A stretch of DNA of 63,908 nucleotides, filler included, from Chiloscyllium plagiosum (lineage: Eukaryota): assembly GCF_004010195.1 (NCBI RefSeq). It is 6 parts of one record of this genome, joined end to end, with 100 filler letters (N's around TTAATTAATTAA, not from the genome) between each part and the next. Parts side by side here need not be neighbours in the genome. Positions count along the whole stretch, not along the records: positions 48,093 to 55,520 come from NC_057710.1; positions 55,621 to 60,649 come from NC_057710.1; positions 60,750 to 63,908 come from NC_057710.1; 3 more parts are not named here. One strand, given 5' to 3'. The notes under the pieces are model-generated. The model had not been told where the DNA came from. It did no database searches and was given only the letters and a program-made list of their open reading frames with translations. Numbering within the stretch: position 1 is the stretch's first letter; each line of letters starts with the position of its first letter. Both the position numbers and the translations under genes were made by a program. Below are positions 50,120-62,202 of this stretch, one piece after another.

Positions 50120-53100
50120 GGATTCTTTCTTGATTATATGTTTTTGGAGATAACTCTCTTGATTAAACTTAAAATATAAGCCATAGCTATTAATTTAACC
50201 TGGGGCAGTGTTTGTAGAGGAATAAAGCAGTGTTATTTTCTGGGTCTGTAGATTGCGAAGGAACAAAAATGGCCTATGCAGTGATATGTACTTCTTCTCA
50301 GATGTGGGAGTTTAAGGGTTACTGCAGATTATATCTGCCATAAATGCTGTTGGATGCGAATCTTATCAGATCGAGTGGATTGGTTGGAGAGACAGATAGA
50401 AACGATGAAGAATTTGCAATAGCAACAGTATGTGATGGATGGCAGTTATAGGAAGGGGGAAAAGTCTCAAATACAGTCACATAGATGGGTTAACTCCAGG
50501 AAGGGTGAGAGAGGTCGGCGCCGAGGGCAGGAGTCTTTTGTGGATATACCCATTTCAAACAGGTATGCTGTTTTGGAAAATGTCGGGGGTGATGGATTCT
50601 CAGGGGAATGGAGCATGAAGAGCCAAGTTTCTGGTATTGAGACTGGCTCTAATGCAACGAGGGATATGTCGACTTCCAAGAGATCAATTGTGTTAGGAGA
50701 TTCTGTAGTCAGAAGTACAGACAGACATTTCTGTGGCCAGCAGAGCAAAAGCAGAATGGTGTGTTGTTTCCCTGGTGCCAGGATCAAGGATGTCTCGGAG
50801 AGGGTGCAGAATGTTCTCACGGGGGAGAGGGGCCAACAGGAGGTCATTGTCCACATTGGAACCAACGACATTGGAAGGGAAAAGGTTGAGATTCTGAAGG
50901 GAGATTACAGAGAGTTAGGCAGAAATTTAAAAAGGAGGACCTCAAGAGTAGTAGTATCTGGATTACTCCCAGTGCTACGAGCTAGTGAGGGCAGGAATAG
51001 GAGGATAGAGCAGATGAATGCATGGCTGAGGAGCTGGTGTATGGGAGAAGGATTCACATTTTTGGATCATTGGAATCACTTTTGGGGTAGAAGTGACCTC
51101 TACAAGAAGGACAGATTGCACCTAAATTGGAAGGGGACAAATATACTGGGAGGGAAATTTGCTAGAACTGCTTGGGNNNNNNNNNNGATATCATAGCAAT
51201 TACGGAAACATGGCTCAGGAATGGGCAGGACTGGCAGCTTAATGTTCCAGGATACAAATGCTACAGGAAGGATAGAAAGGGAGGCAAGAGAGGAGGGGGG
51301 AGTGGCATTTTTGATAAGGGATAGCATTATAGCTGTGCTGAGGGAGGATATTCCCGGAAATATATCCAGGGAAGTTATTTGGGTGGAACTGAGAAATAAG
51401 AAACGGATGATCATCTTATTGGGATTGTAATATAGACCGCCGCGCCCCCCCCAATAGTCAAAGGGAAATTGAGAAATGAACTTGTAAGGAGATGTCAGCT
51501 ATCTGTAAGAATAATAGGGTAGTTACTGTAGGAGATTTTAACTTTCCAAACATCGACTGGGACTGCCATAGTGTTAAAGGTTTAGATGGAGAGGAATTTC
51601 TTAAATGTGTACAAGACACTTTTTTCTGATTCAGAATGTGGATGTGCCTACTAGAGAAGGTGCAAAACTTGACCTACTCTTGGGAAATAAGGCAGGGCAG
51701 GTGACTAAGGTGTCAGTGGGGGAGCACTTTGGGGCGAGCGACCATAATTCTATTCGTTTAAAATAGTGATGGAAAAGGTTAGATCAGATCTAAAAGTTGA
51801 AGTTCTAAATTGGAGAAAGGCCAATTTTGACGGTATTAGGCAGGAACTTTCGAAAGCTGATTGGAGGCAGATGTTCGCAGGTAAAGGGACTGCTGGAAAA
51901 TGGGAAGCCTTCAGAGATGAGATAACAAGAATCCAGAGAAAGTATATTCCTGTCAGGGTGAAAGGGATGACTGGTAGGTATGGGGAATGCTGGATGACTA
52001 AAGAAATTGAGGGTTTGGTTAAGAAAAAGAAGGAAGCATATGTCAGGTATAGACAGGATAGATTGAGTGAATTCTTAGAAGACTATAAAGAAAGTAGGAG
52101 TATACTTAAGAGGGAAATTAGGAGGGCAAACCGGGGACATGAGATAGCTTTGGCAAATAGAATTAAGGAGAATCCAAAGGGTTTTTACAAATATATTAAG
52201 GACAAAAGGGTAACTAGAGAGAGAATAGGGCCCCTCAAAGATCAGCAAGGCAGCCTTTGTGTGGAGCCGCAGAAAATAGGGGAGATACTAAATGAGTATT
52301 TTGCATCAGTATTTACTGTGGAAAAGGATATGGAAGATATAGACTAGTGAAATAGATGGTGACATCTTACAAAATGTCCAGATTACAGAGGAGGAAGNNN
52401 NNNNNNNNNNNNNNNNNNNNNNNNNNNNNNNNNNNNNNNNNNNNNNNNNNNNNNNNNNNNNNNNNNNNNNNNNNNNNNNNNNNNNNNNNNNNNNNNNNNN
52501 NNNNNNNNNNNNNNNNNNNNNNNNNNNNNNNNNNNNNNNNNNNNNNNNNNNNNNNNNNNNNNNNNNNNNNNNNNNNNNNNNNNNNNNNNNNNNNNNNNNN
52601 NNNNNNNNNNNNNNNNNNNNNNNNNNNNNNNNNNNNNNNNNNNNNNNNNNNNNNNNNNNNNNNNNNNNNNNNNNNNNNNNNNNNNNNNNNNNNNNNNNNN
52701 NNNNNNNNNNNNNNNNNNNNNNNNNNNNNNNNNNNNNNNNNNNNNNNNNNNNNNNNNNNNNNNNNNNNNNNNNNNNNNNNNNNNNNNNNNNNNNNNNNNN
52801 NNNNNNNNNNNNNNNNNNNNNNNNNNNNNNNNNNNNNNNNNNNNNNNNNNNNNNNNNNNNNNNNNNNNNNNNNNNNNNNNNNNNNNNNNNNNNNNNNNNN
52901 NNNNNNNNNNNNNNNNNNNNNNNNNNNNNNNNNNNNNNNNNNNNNNNNNNNNNNNNNNNNNNNNNNNNNNNNNNNNNNNNNNNNNNNNNNNNNNNNNNNN
53001 NNNNNNNNNNNNNNNNNNNNNNNNNNNNNNNNNNNNNNNNNNNNNNNNNNNNNNNNNNNNNNNNNNNNNNNNNNNNNNNNNNNNNNNNNNNNNNNNNNNN

Positions 53101-53715
53101 NNNNNNNNNNNNNNNNNNNNNNNNNNNNNNNNNNNNNNNNNNNNNNNNNNNNNNNNNNNNNNNNNNNNNNNNNNNNNNNNNNNNNNNNNNNNNNNNNNNN
53201 NNNNNNNNNNNNNNNNNNNNNNNNNNNNNNNNNNNNNNNNNNNNNNNNNNNNNNNNNNNNNNNNNNNNNNNNNNNNNNNNNNNNNNNNNNNNNNGGGGCT
53301 GTTTTCCCTGGAGCGTCGGAGGCTGAGGGGTGACCTTACAGAGGTTTACAAAATTATGAGGGGCATGGATAGGATAAATATGTAAAGTCTTTTCCCTGGG
53401 ATCTGGGAGTCCAGAACTAGTGGGCAGAGGTTTAGGGTGAGAGAGGAAAGATATAAAAGAGACCTAAAGGACAACGTTTTCACACAAAGGGCAGTACTTG
53501 TATGGAATGAGCTGCCTGAGGAAGTGGTGGAGGCTGGTACAATTGTACATTTAAGAGGCATTTGGATGGGTATATGAATAGGAAGGGTTTGGAGGGATAT
53601 GGGCCGGGTGCTGACAGGTGGGACTAGATTGGGTTGGGATATCTGGTCGGCATGGACAGGTTGGACCGAAGGGTGTTTTTCCTTGCTGTACATCTCTGTG
53701 ACTCTATGACTCTAA
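50120..53715 (+). mobile_element. near full-length CR1 (ORF1 esterase, ORF2), gapped and disrupted
   Basis: ORF 50432-51196 (GDS, HIGTND, DRLHLN), endonuclease and ORF 51766-52347; tail ctctgtgactctatgactcta. Confidence 0.92.
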
Positions 53716-53961
53716 GTAATTATTTCAAAATGGTGATTTCATATATTCACCATCTTTGAGTTGTTTGAATATGGAGGGGATGTTGTTCTGCATGACATGC
53801 ACAAGTGGCACTTTGAGAAAAGAGAGACTTGAAATGAATGCATATACAGAAAAATAGCGCAAGCAAACTTTCAAAGATATGCTGCCTTGTGAATAAATGT
53901 ATTAAAGTTTTTTGAAACGTTTTAATATTTACATTACATTATGATTCTGTTTTGTTGCAAG

Positions 53962-54047
53962 GTAAAAAATGTGAGTGACTGCAAAGATAAATTGATAGGC
54001 GATTTCTGGAAAAATCAGATGAAATCAAGGAAGTGTCCAAACTGCCA
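53962..54047 (+). CDS. POLR1A: POLR1A exon 5 equivalent
   Basis: gcaag|VKNVSDCKDKLIGDFWKNQMKSRKCPNC ca|gtaagt; CPxC Zn ligands; 86 nt, ends phase 2. Confidence 0.93.
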
Positions 54048-55292
54048 GTAAGTGATTTCTGAGGTGACATTACTTTGTACATTGTAGAATATATGTATGC
54101 AGAATAAGTGCCTGTGGCAGCAGCTAGTTAATATTCCTTTTGTTGCTCATGCCTGCATACTGAAGATAATTAATGATTAAAGGAGTGGAATCTGTATTAA
54201 TTTTTTATTTTGTACAGAAAATATACTTGAGCTTTCCTCTTCGTCTACACCTTCATTCTTAGCACTGCTTATAATGGTGGTATTAAGGGTCACCAGAGAT
54301 TTAGCACATAACAAAGCAAGAGGTAACATACTGACGAGCCTGATTCTTCACTCTCCCAGTATTATGGGGTATAGAGCTGTCATAATTAATGGACATGAGG
54401 TAGAGGGAAGTGACAAAGAGACCTAGGGAGTTGTAACATAGAAATTAGGTAGTTAGAAGCTGGTACTACGTCAGTGAGCATGTCAGCTGTTGCAAACGAG
54501 ATACATTAACCATGTCAAGGATCAAAGTGTAAAGAGAGTTAATGCCAATTTATAGAACCAGCCCTGTTATGAAAAGCATGATGTGCTGCAACAAGTAGGA
54601 AATGTGATGCTGACAGTCAGGTTTGCAAAATTCAACTATTGCTGTTTTTCTGTTGCCCCAAATGAGTTCAGATTCAACACAAAGAAAGATATTAAAGCTT
54701 GCATCTTTGTGTTTTTTGTGACTGAGTTATTAGGAACTGATAGGAAATGTATTTGTTTTCATGCAAGTAATTACTTATATCTTTCCTAGATTGTGATCTA
54801 TGTTCATTCCGCTGTACGTGAAACCAATGGTTACTATTAACTAAGAACTACAGGAGTAATTTAACAGAAATTTAACTCAAAGCAGAAAAAAAATAAAGTT
54901 TTAGTTTTTTTTGATGTGCTCTTAAACAGTAAAGTTAAGTTTGTGCAGGCAATGTATTGCTGAGTTGAGTTTTGGGGATTTCAAAGGGATGAATGGAAGA
55001 AATTTGCATTTCTGGAGAGGCTGTTGTGGAGATGTGCAGCAGGAAGGTGTGTCTAAGAATGAGGAAAACCTTGCAAATGCTGTCAAGTCATGAACAAGAC
55101 AGAACAGGATAGGTGTTTTGTAAATTATCAATGGAAAGGAGTTGTGAAAGCATTGTGAACGCAAAAGGAGGAATCCAGCAGGAGATGGATAGTAGCACAC
55201 TTGGGAAGAAGATATTATGGTTGTGAAAAGCATTGATGTAAGGAGCCACAAACACTTGGTTGTAAATATGGGTTTCATTTTTTGTTAATGTA

Positions 55293-55965
55293 CATAGAAC
55301 ATAGAACATAGAACAATACAGCACAGAACAGGCCCTTCGGCCCACGATGTTGTGCCGAACTTCTAACCTAGCTTAAGTACCCATCCATGTACCTATCCAA
55401 TTGCCGCTTAAAGGTCACCAATGTTTCCGACTCTACCACTCCCACGGACAGCGCATTCCATGCCCCCACCACTCTCTGGGTAAAGAACCCACCCCTGACA
55501 TCTCCCCTATACCCTCCACCNNNNNNNNNNNNNNNNNNNNNNNNNNNNNNNNNNNNNNNNNNNNTTAATTAATTAANNNNNNNNNNNNNNNNNNNNNNNN
55601 NNNNNNNNNNNNNNNNNNNNACCCTGTGGCTTCTGCACCTTTCCAAAATCTGTTTCCCAATCTGTTTCTCCACATCTCTGCTGCTATTGGGGGGCCTATA
55701 GTAAACACCCAACAAGGTGACTGCACCTTTCCTATTTCTGACTTCAGCCCATACTACCTCCAGAGGCAGATCCCCCTCAAACTTCTTCAAACTTCTATTT
55801 GCCCCTCTGTTTGCCGTCACTTCCTCTGCTGCTCCCGCTCTTTTTGCGAAGAGAGAAAAAAAAAACACCGCTGCCCGCTACAGGTAAGTAATTTTGAAAC
55901 AAACTGTCTTACCTTAGCTGTAGTCTCCCGGGTTCGCCTTTACTCGGCTGCTGCTCCCACTCAAA
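55293..55965 (-). mobile_element. CR1 second family, internally deleted, with putative 5'UTR
   Basis: Tail near-identical to 47808-47990; endonuclease GVYYRPPNS; abuts a GC-rich 5'UTR-like segment at 55790-55965. Confidence 0.75.
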
Positions 55966-56282
55966 TGACCGTTGGTGATTTACTATTTTATTTGAGATCC
56001 CATCACGTAATGTATATGTCTGCACTATTGGAAATAGGGGACATAACCCAGGAAGAATTGTAAGTAAAGAAATAGAAAAGTGGGGTCATTTTTACCCTTT
56101 TAAAATTCATTTTGAACATCAAAAGATGCAAATCAAGATTACTTCATTGTTTGCAGCAATCTACTTCCATTTTAAACATTTTCTTGCAATTGGAAAATAT
56201 TCTCCTGATTGTCTTTGCTGAGTCGACTGAGGTGATAATGAAGTAGTGGATTGACAAAATGTTTTGTTTACATTCTCTGTAG

Positions 56283-56401
56283 AGCTGGCAAATCAGTTGT
56301 GCGGAAAGAACACAACAGCAAACTAATTGTGACATATCCCACAATTGCTCTGAAAGTCAAAGAGAATGAAGATACAGCTGAGGCTGTGGAAGACAGTGGA
56401 G
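56283..56401 (+). CDS. POLR1A: POLR1A exon 6 equivalent
   Basis: ctgtag|a AGKSVVRKEHNSKLIVTYPTIALKVKENEDTAEAVEDSG g|gtaaat; VRKEHNSKL is conserved in POLR1A; starts phase 2, matching the previous exon. Confidence 0.93.
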
Positions 56402-57204
56402 GTAAATCGGCATAAACTTACCTGTGCATTACATCTTTCTACAACAGCTGAGCATGGATAGGAAATTGTGCTTTCCATGCAATATTCAAAGCTTTCAAAA
56501 ATAACTTCACAAATGCTTCAGAACACCTATGAGAAATAACATAGAAATGCTGTTCATATTGGGTTTTACTGCATCAGCAATGTGCAGCAACTAGCATGTA
56601 TCTCTCCACCCCGTGCTGGGAGACGGTTGCTAGGTGTACTGCTTTGTTGGGCATATGTTGACCAAACTCTGGAGATGCATGTAAGCAAAATACTGTAAAT
56701 TTTGGAAACTATAAATAAAATGCTGGAAATACTCAATGGGTCTGGCTGTTTCTCTTTCAGCAGATGCTGCCAGATCTGCTAGGTTTTTCAGCATTACCTG
56801 TATTTATTCCAGCATTTATTACTGTTTCCTTGTTGATGTGCACTTGTGACCATTTGTATGGTCAAGGAAACAAATATATGAAAAAACATTTGGTTGTGAA
56901 TAATAGCACAGAGCACTAAGGGACACAGCAGAAAAGAAACAAATGTTTAACTGGAGCTTAAATTACTTTTTTTTTTCTGTTCTGCCTTTCTGTCTTTTGC
57001 TCACCCATTGCTTTTGTTATAAGTATTAATATAGTTAGCATTATCGATTTGGACATCCTTGCTATAACTTCAGACTGGGAAATGCAGAAATCATTTTATT
57101 TAGTTTGTTTCATTGTATTGCATTTAGTTGTCACTCTCTGCTCTTGAACTGGAAGTTCAAAGCTGATATTCCAAGACCTGAGCTCGTGATCAATTAGAAT
57201 GGAG

Positions 57205-59035
57205 AACATAGAATGTTACAGCACAGTTCAGACCCTTCACCCTTCTATGTTGCGCCAAACTGTGAAATTAATCTGATGCCCATCTAACCTACACTGTTCC
57301 ATTATTATCCAATGCCCTTAATGTTGGAGAATCTATTACTGTTGCAGGCAGACCATTTCACGCCCCTACTACTCTGAGTGAAGAAGCTACCCCTGATATC
57401 TGTCCTAAAACTTATCATCCCTCAATTTAAAGCTATGTCCCCTCCTGTTAGCCTTCACCATCTGAGGAAAAGGGCTCTCACTGTCCACTATATCTAACCC
57501 TCTGAATATCTTATATGTCTCGATTAAGTCACCTCAGCCACCTTCTTCTTCAACAAAATTAGCCTCCATTCCCTCAGCCTTTCTTTGTAAGACCTTCCTT
57601 CCATATCAAGCAACATCCTGGTAAATTTCCTCTGAACCCTTTCCAAACCCTTTCCTCTAAATGCAGTGACCAGAGCTGTGTGCAGTACTCCAGATGCAGC
57701 CTTATCAGTGTCTTGTACAGCTGAAGCATGACCCTGTGGTTCCAAAACTCAATCCCCTACCAATAAACAGCAACATACCACGTGCCTTCTTAACAACCCT
57801 ATCAACCTGGGTGGCAACTTTCAGAGATTTATGCACCCTGACACTGAGATCTCTCTGCTCATCTACACTGCCAAGAATTTTACCATTAGCCCAGTACTCT
57901 GGATGCCTGTTATTTCTTCTGAAGTGAGCTACCTCACACTTTTCCACATTAAACTCCATTTGCCAGTTCTCCGCCCAACTCTGCATCTTATCTATGTCCC
58001 TCTGTAACCCACAACATCCTTCGGCACTATCCATAACTCTGCTGATCTTCATGTCATCTGCAAATTTACTAATCCATCCTCCTACGCTCACATCCAGATC
58101 ATTTATAAAAATGATGAAGAGCAGTGGCCCCAAAAAGATCCTTTCAGCACAGCACTGGTAATTGAACTCCAGGATGAACATTTCCCATCAACCACTACCC
58201 TCTGTCGTCTTTCAGCTAGCCAATTTCTGATCCAAGCTGCTAAATCACCTTCAATCCCGAAGTTCCGTATTTTGTGCAATAGCCTACCGTGTGGAACCTT
58301 ATCAAACGCCTTACTAAAGTTCATATAGAGAAAGTGAGGGCTGCAGATGCTGGAGATCAGAGCTGAAAATGTGTTGCTGGAAAAGCGCAGCAGGTCAGGC
58401 AGCATCCAACGAACAGGAGAATCGACGTTTCGGGCATTTCCTGAAGAAGGGCTTATGCCCGAAATTTCGATTCTCCTGTTCCTTGGATGCTGCCTGACCT
58501 GCTGCGCTTTTCCAGCAACACATTTTCAGCTAAAGTTCATATACACCACATCAACCGCTTTACCTTCATCCATCTGTTTTGTCACCTTCTTGAAGAACTC
58601 AATAAGGTTAGTGAGGCACTACCAACCCTTCTCAAAACCGCGTTGACCATCCCGAATCAAATTATTCCTTTCCAGTTGATTATAAATCCTATCTCTTTTC
58701 CTACACCTTACCCACAACCGACGTAAGGCTCGCTGGCGTATAATTACCAGGGTTCTTTAACAAGGGAACAACATTTGCTATCCCCCAGTCTTCTGGCACT
58801 ACTCCTGTCAACAATGATGACATAAAAATCAAAGCCCAAGGCTCTGCATCCTCTTCCCTGGCTTCCTATAGAATCCGAAGATTAATCCCATCCAGCTCAG
58901 GGTCTTATCTATTTTCAGATTTTCCAAAATTGCTAAAACCTCCTCGTTGTCAACCGCAATCCCATTTAATCCAGTAGCCTGTATCTTCGTATTCTCACTA
59001 ACATTGCCCTTTTCCAATATGAATACTGATGAAAA
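57205..59035 (-). mobile_element. CR1 RT region
   Basis: SKFADDMK and YMNFSKAFDKVPH motifs. Confidence 0.88.
58328..58529. mobile_element. Penelope-terminus fold-back mini-insertion
   Basis: Exact 14-bp TSD ctaaagttcatata at 58314-58327 and 58530-58543; plus-strand ctgaagaagggcttatgcccgaaa. Confidence 0.88.
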
Positions 59036-59036
59036 G

Positions 59037-59730
59037 TTAGCGAGTTCTGAGAAGATTTGTCGTTCAGAAACGAAGCTGCATTACAACATTATTTCAATGA
59101 GCCACCACACACTGCAGCATAGAGGAACAAGGCAGAGCAGAGGAAAATCAACTATACAGTGTATAAAACAAAAATTGGTATCCAATGAACACCGTCTGCT
59201 GATTTCTCAGCAACAAACCCAAACAAGCAGACAAAATGCGTCCAGAAACCCTAGCAACTCTCCTCCACATCAGACATCTCGGAAATGACTGCCAGATTAC
59301 TCAGGCCCCTTGGCATCATGGTAGCCCACAAACCCACCAACACACTGAAACAGTAGCTAGTAAACTTGAAAGCTCCTATACAGACAACAAGCAAAACTAA
59401 TGTCATTTACAAAATACCATGCAAAATACTGTAACAAACACTACATTGGACAAACAGGCAGAAAACTAGTCACCAGGATACATGACCATCAACTAGCCAC
59501 AAAAAGAAGTGACCCATTCTCACTAGTAACCTTACATATAGATGAGGAAGGAAACCACTGACTGGGACAACACATCCATCCTAGGACAAGCCAAACAATG
59601 ACACGTACGAGACTTCCGAGAAGCACGGCATTCCAACCACAACTCTGTCAACAAACACATTGACTTGGACCCCATTTGCTACCCCCTGAGAAAATAACAG
59701 GAAATGACATCACCAAAGGAAACAGACTGG
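59037..59730 (+). mobile_element. Penelope family 3 fragment with inverted terminal cap
   Basis: Homologous to 14580-15200; first ~35 bp are the reverse complement of the family's 3' end. Confidence 0.8.
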
Positions 59731-59734
59731 TAAG

Positions 59735-60649
59735 CTAGAGGAAATACTTGTTAGGAAGGAAGAAAGATGTGTTGGGCATTTTGAAAAACTTGTGGATAGA
59801 CAAATCCCCCGGGCCTGATGGGATATATCTTAGGATTATGAGGGAAGCAAGAGAGGAAATTGCAGAGCCGTTGGCAATGATCTTTTCATCTTCACTGTCA
59901 ACGGGGGTGGTACCAGGGGACTGGAGAGTGGCGAATGTTGTTCCCCTGTTCAAAAAAGGGAATAGGGATAGCTCCGGGAATTACAGGCCGGTTAATCTTA
60001 CTTTGGTGGTACGCAAATTAATGGAAAGGGTACTGAGGGATTGGATGTATGAGTATCTGGAAAGACACTACATTGATTAGGGACAGCCAGCATGGATTTG
60101 TGAGGGGTAGGTCTTGCCTTACACGTCTTATTGAATTCTTTGAGGAGGTGACCAAGCATGTGGATGAGGGTAGAGCAGTCGATGTAGTGTATATGGATTT
60201 TAGTAAGGCATTTGATAAGGTTCCCCATGGTAGGTTTATGCAGAAAGTCCAGGAGGCATGGGATAGTGGGAATTTTGGCCAGTTGGATAGAGAACTGGCT
60301 AACCGGTCGAAGTCAGAGAGTGGTGGTAGATGGTAAATATTCAGCCTGGAGCCAGTTACAAGTTGGAGTTCCGCAGGGATCAGTTCTGGGTCCTCTGCTG
60401 TTTGTAATTTTTATTAATGACTTGGAAGAGGGAGTCGAAGGGTGGGTCAGTAAATTTGCAGACGATACAAAGATTGGTGGAGTTGTGGATAGTGAAGAGG
60501 GCTGTTGTCGGCTGCAAAGGGACTGAGATATGATGCAGAGCTGGGCTGAGGAGTGGCAAGATGGAGTTCACCCCGTCAAGTGTGAGGTTGTCCATTTTGG
60601 AAAGACAAATAAGAATGCGGAATACAAGGTTAACGGTAGGGTTCTTAGT
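59735..60649 (+). mobile_element. CR1 RT fragment
   Basis: [30 protein letters not shown] and SKFADDTK. Confidence 0.92.
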
Positions 60650-60749
60650 NNNNNNNNNNNNNNNNNNNNNNNNNNNNNNNNNNNNNNNNNNNNTTAATTA
60701 ATTAANNNNNNNNNNNNNNNNNNNNNNNNNNNNNNNNNNNNNNNNNNNN

Positions 60750-61023
60750 ACCCTCGAAGTCAGCACCACCCTCTTGACCTGCAATCTTCTTCCGACCTCC
60801 CCGCCCCCAACCCCTCTCCGGTCTATCACCCTCACCTTAACCTCCTTCCACCTATCGCATTTCCAACGCCCCTCCCCCAAGTCCCTCCTCCCTACCTTTT
60901 ATCTTAGCCTGCTTGGCACATCTTCCTCATTCCTGAAGAAGGGCTTATGCCCGAAACATCGATTCTCCTGCTCCTTGGATGCTGCCTGACCTGCTGCACT
61001 TTTCCAGCAACACATTTTTCAGC
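60750..61023 (+). mobile_element. Penelope family 1 3' terminus with hammerhead motif
   Basis: CTGAAGA 60933-60939, gggc-ttat-gccc stem, GAAA 60953-60956, then caTC. Confidence 0.85.
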
Positions 61024-62200
61024 TTCCATATATACCGCGGCACGATCAGAAATAGCTATGTTACCTATTTTACAAGACAGTATGGAATTCAAAAGGGTCA
61101 AGGGGGCAAAAAACATATCAATTCTGGTATGGCACTTGTGTGGGTTAGAGTAGAAAGTGAAGTGTCTACCCTGGGGGTGAAAGCACCTCCATACATCTAC
61201 TAATCCTAGCACCTTATTCAGATCCGCCTGTTGTCTAGATCTCATAGATGTACCTGTAGTGCTCTTAGGTATCCTATCTGTCTCTTGGTCCATAATACAG
61301 TTAAAATCTCCTCCTATACTTGTATGGCAGACTCCAAAAGCCATCAACTTAGAGAACACTTCCATTACGAATTTAAAGGGATGCGCCGGGAGGGCAATAA
61401 AGATTCAAAATTCCATATTCCCTGCCATGTATTAGGGCTTTGATCAATATATACCGTCCAGACTCATCTTTTATCTGGCTTAACATTTGGAAAGGAGGAT
61501 TCTTCCAAATAAGAATGGCTACTCCCCTGCTTTTTAAACTAAAAGATGAGAAAAAAGCCTAATCAAATCCACCCTGTTGTAGCTTTAAATGTTCTTTGTC
61601 AAGTAGATGTGTCTCCTGTAAGAGAACTACATCGACCCTTTTTTTGAGACTTGATAATATCTTTTTCCTTTTGATTGGTGAATTACTCCCCTTGACATCC
61701 CAGGTGCACCACCTAAGCAAATGGCTAGCCATGATCATCCAGGCAAACCCAAAAGCCCTCAGGAGGAAGAACCCCACTCAGAAAACCTTGAATAAAGACC
61801 ATACTAAATTTGCAAATACAAAAATTCTTTAAAACATTTAATCCAACACAATTAAAAGCTATTCCTAAGTAAAAAACAACAAAAAACATATTTGAAAGGA
61901 GACTTTCCCCCTTGCTCCCAGGGGCATAACTACCTATTGATAACCCCACCATAACCTCTCCTAGCTAGGGCCCCGCCCTCGGCCCAGGCATTATAAATGG
62001 AATAGACAAATTCAAATATTTTATAAGGCCAAGGTTAAAAGTCAGTAACCCACCCACCCCCCGCACACATCAACACCTGGGTGCGTTTAGCAAACACAGT
62101 ACAAAATAGAAGTATATAAACTTACAAAATTACAATCCAAGCGAGTATTAGGCAACTAAGTAAAATGAGGGAAGAGGAAAATCCCGCTCTTAAGAAAAGG
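61024..62200 (-). mobile_element. L1-clade ORF2 endonuclease plus inter-ORF spacer
   Basis: MASHLLRWCTWDVKG...VVLLQETHL (61559-61777); IGGDFN and RIDMFF (60904-61365). Confidence 0.88.
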
Positions 62201-62202
62201 GC

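Noticed and set aside
52356..53333. Long ORFs containing X runs (also 30933-31625 and 41262-42209)
   Set aside because: Artefacts of translating through N gaps.
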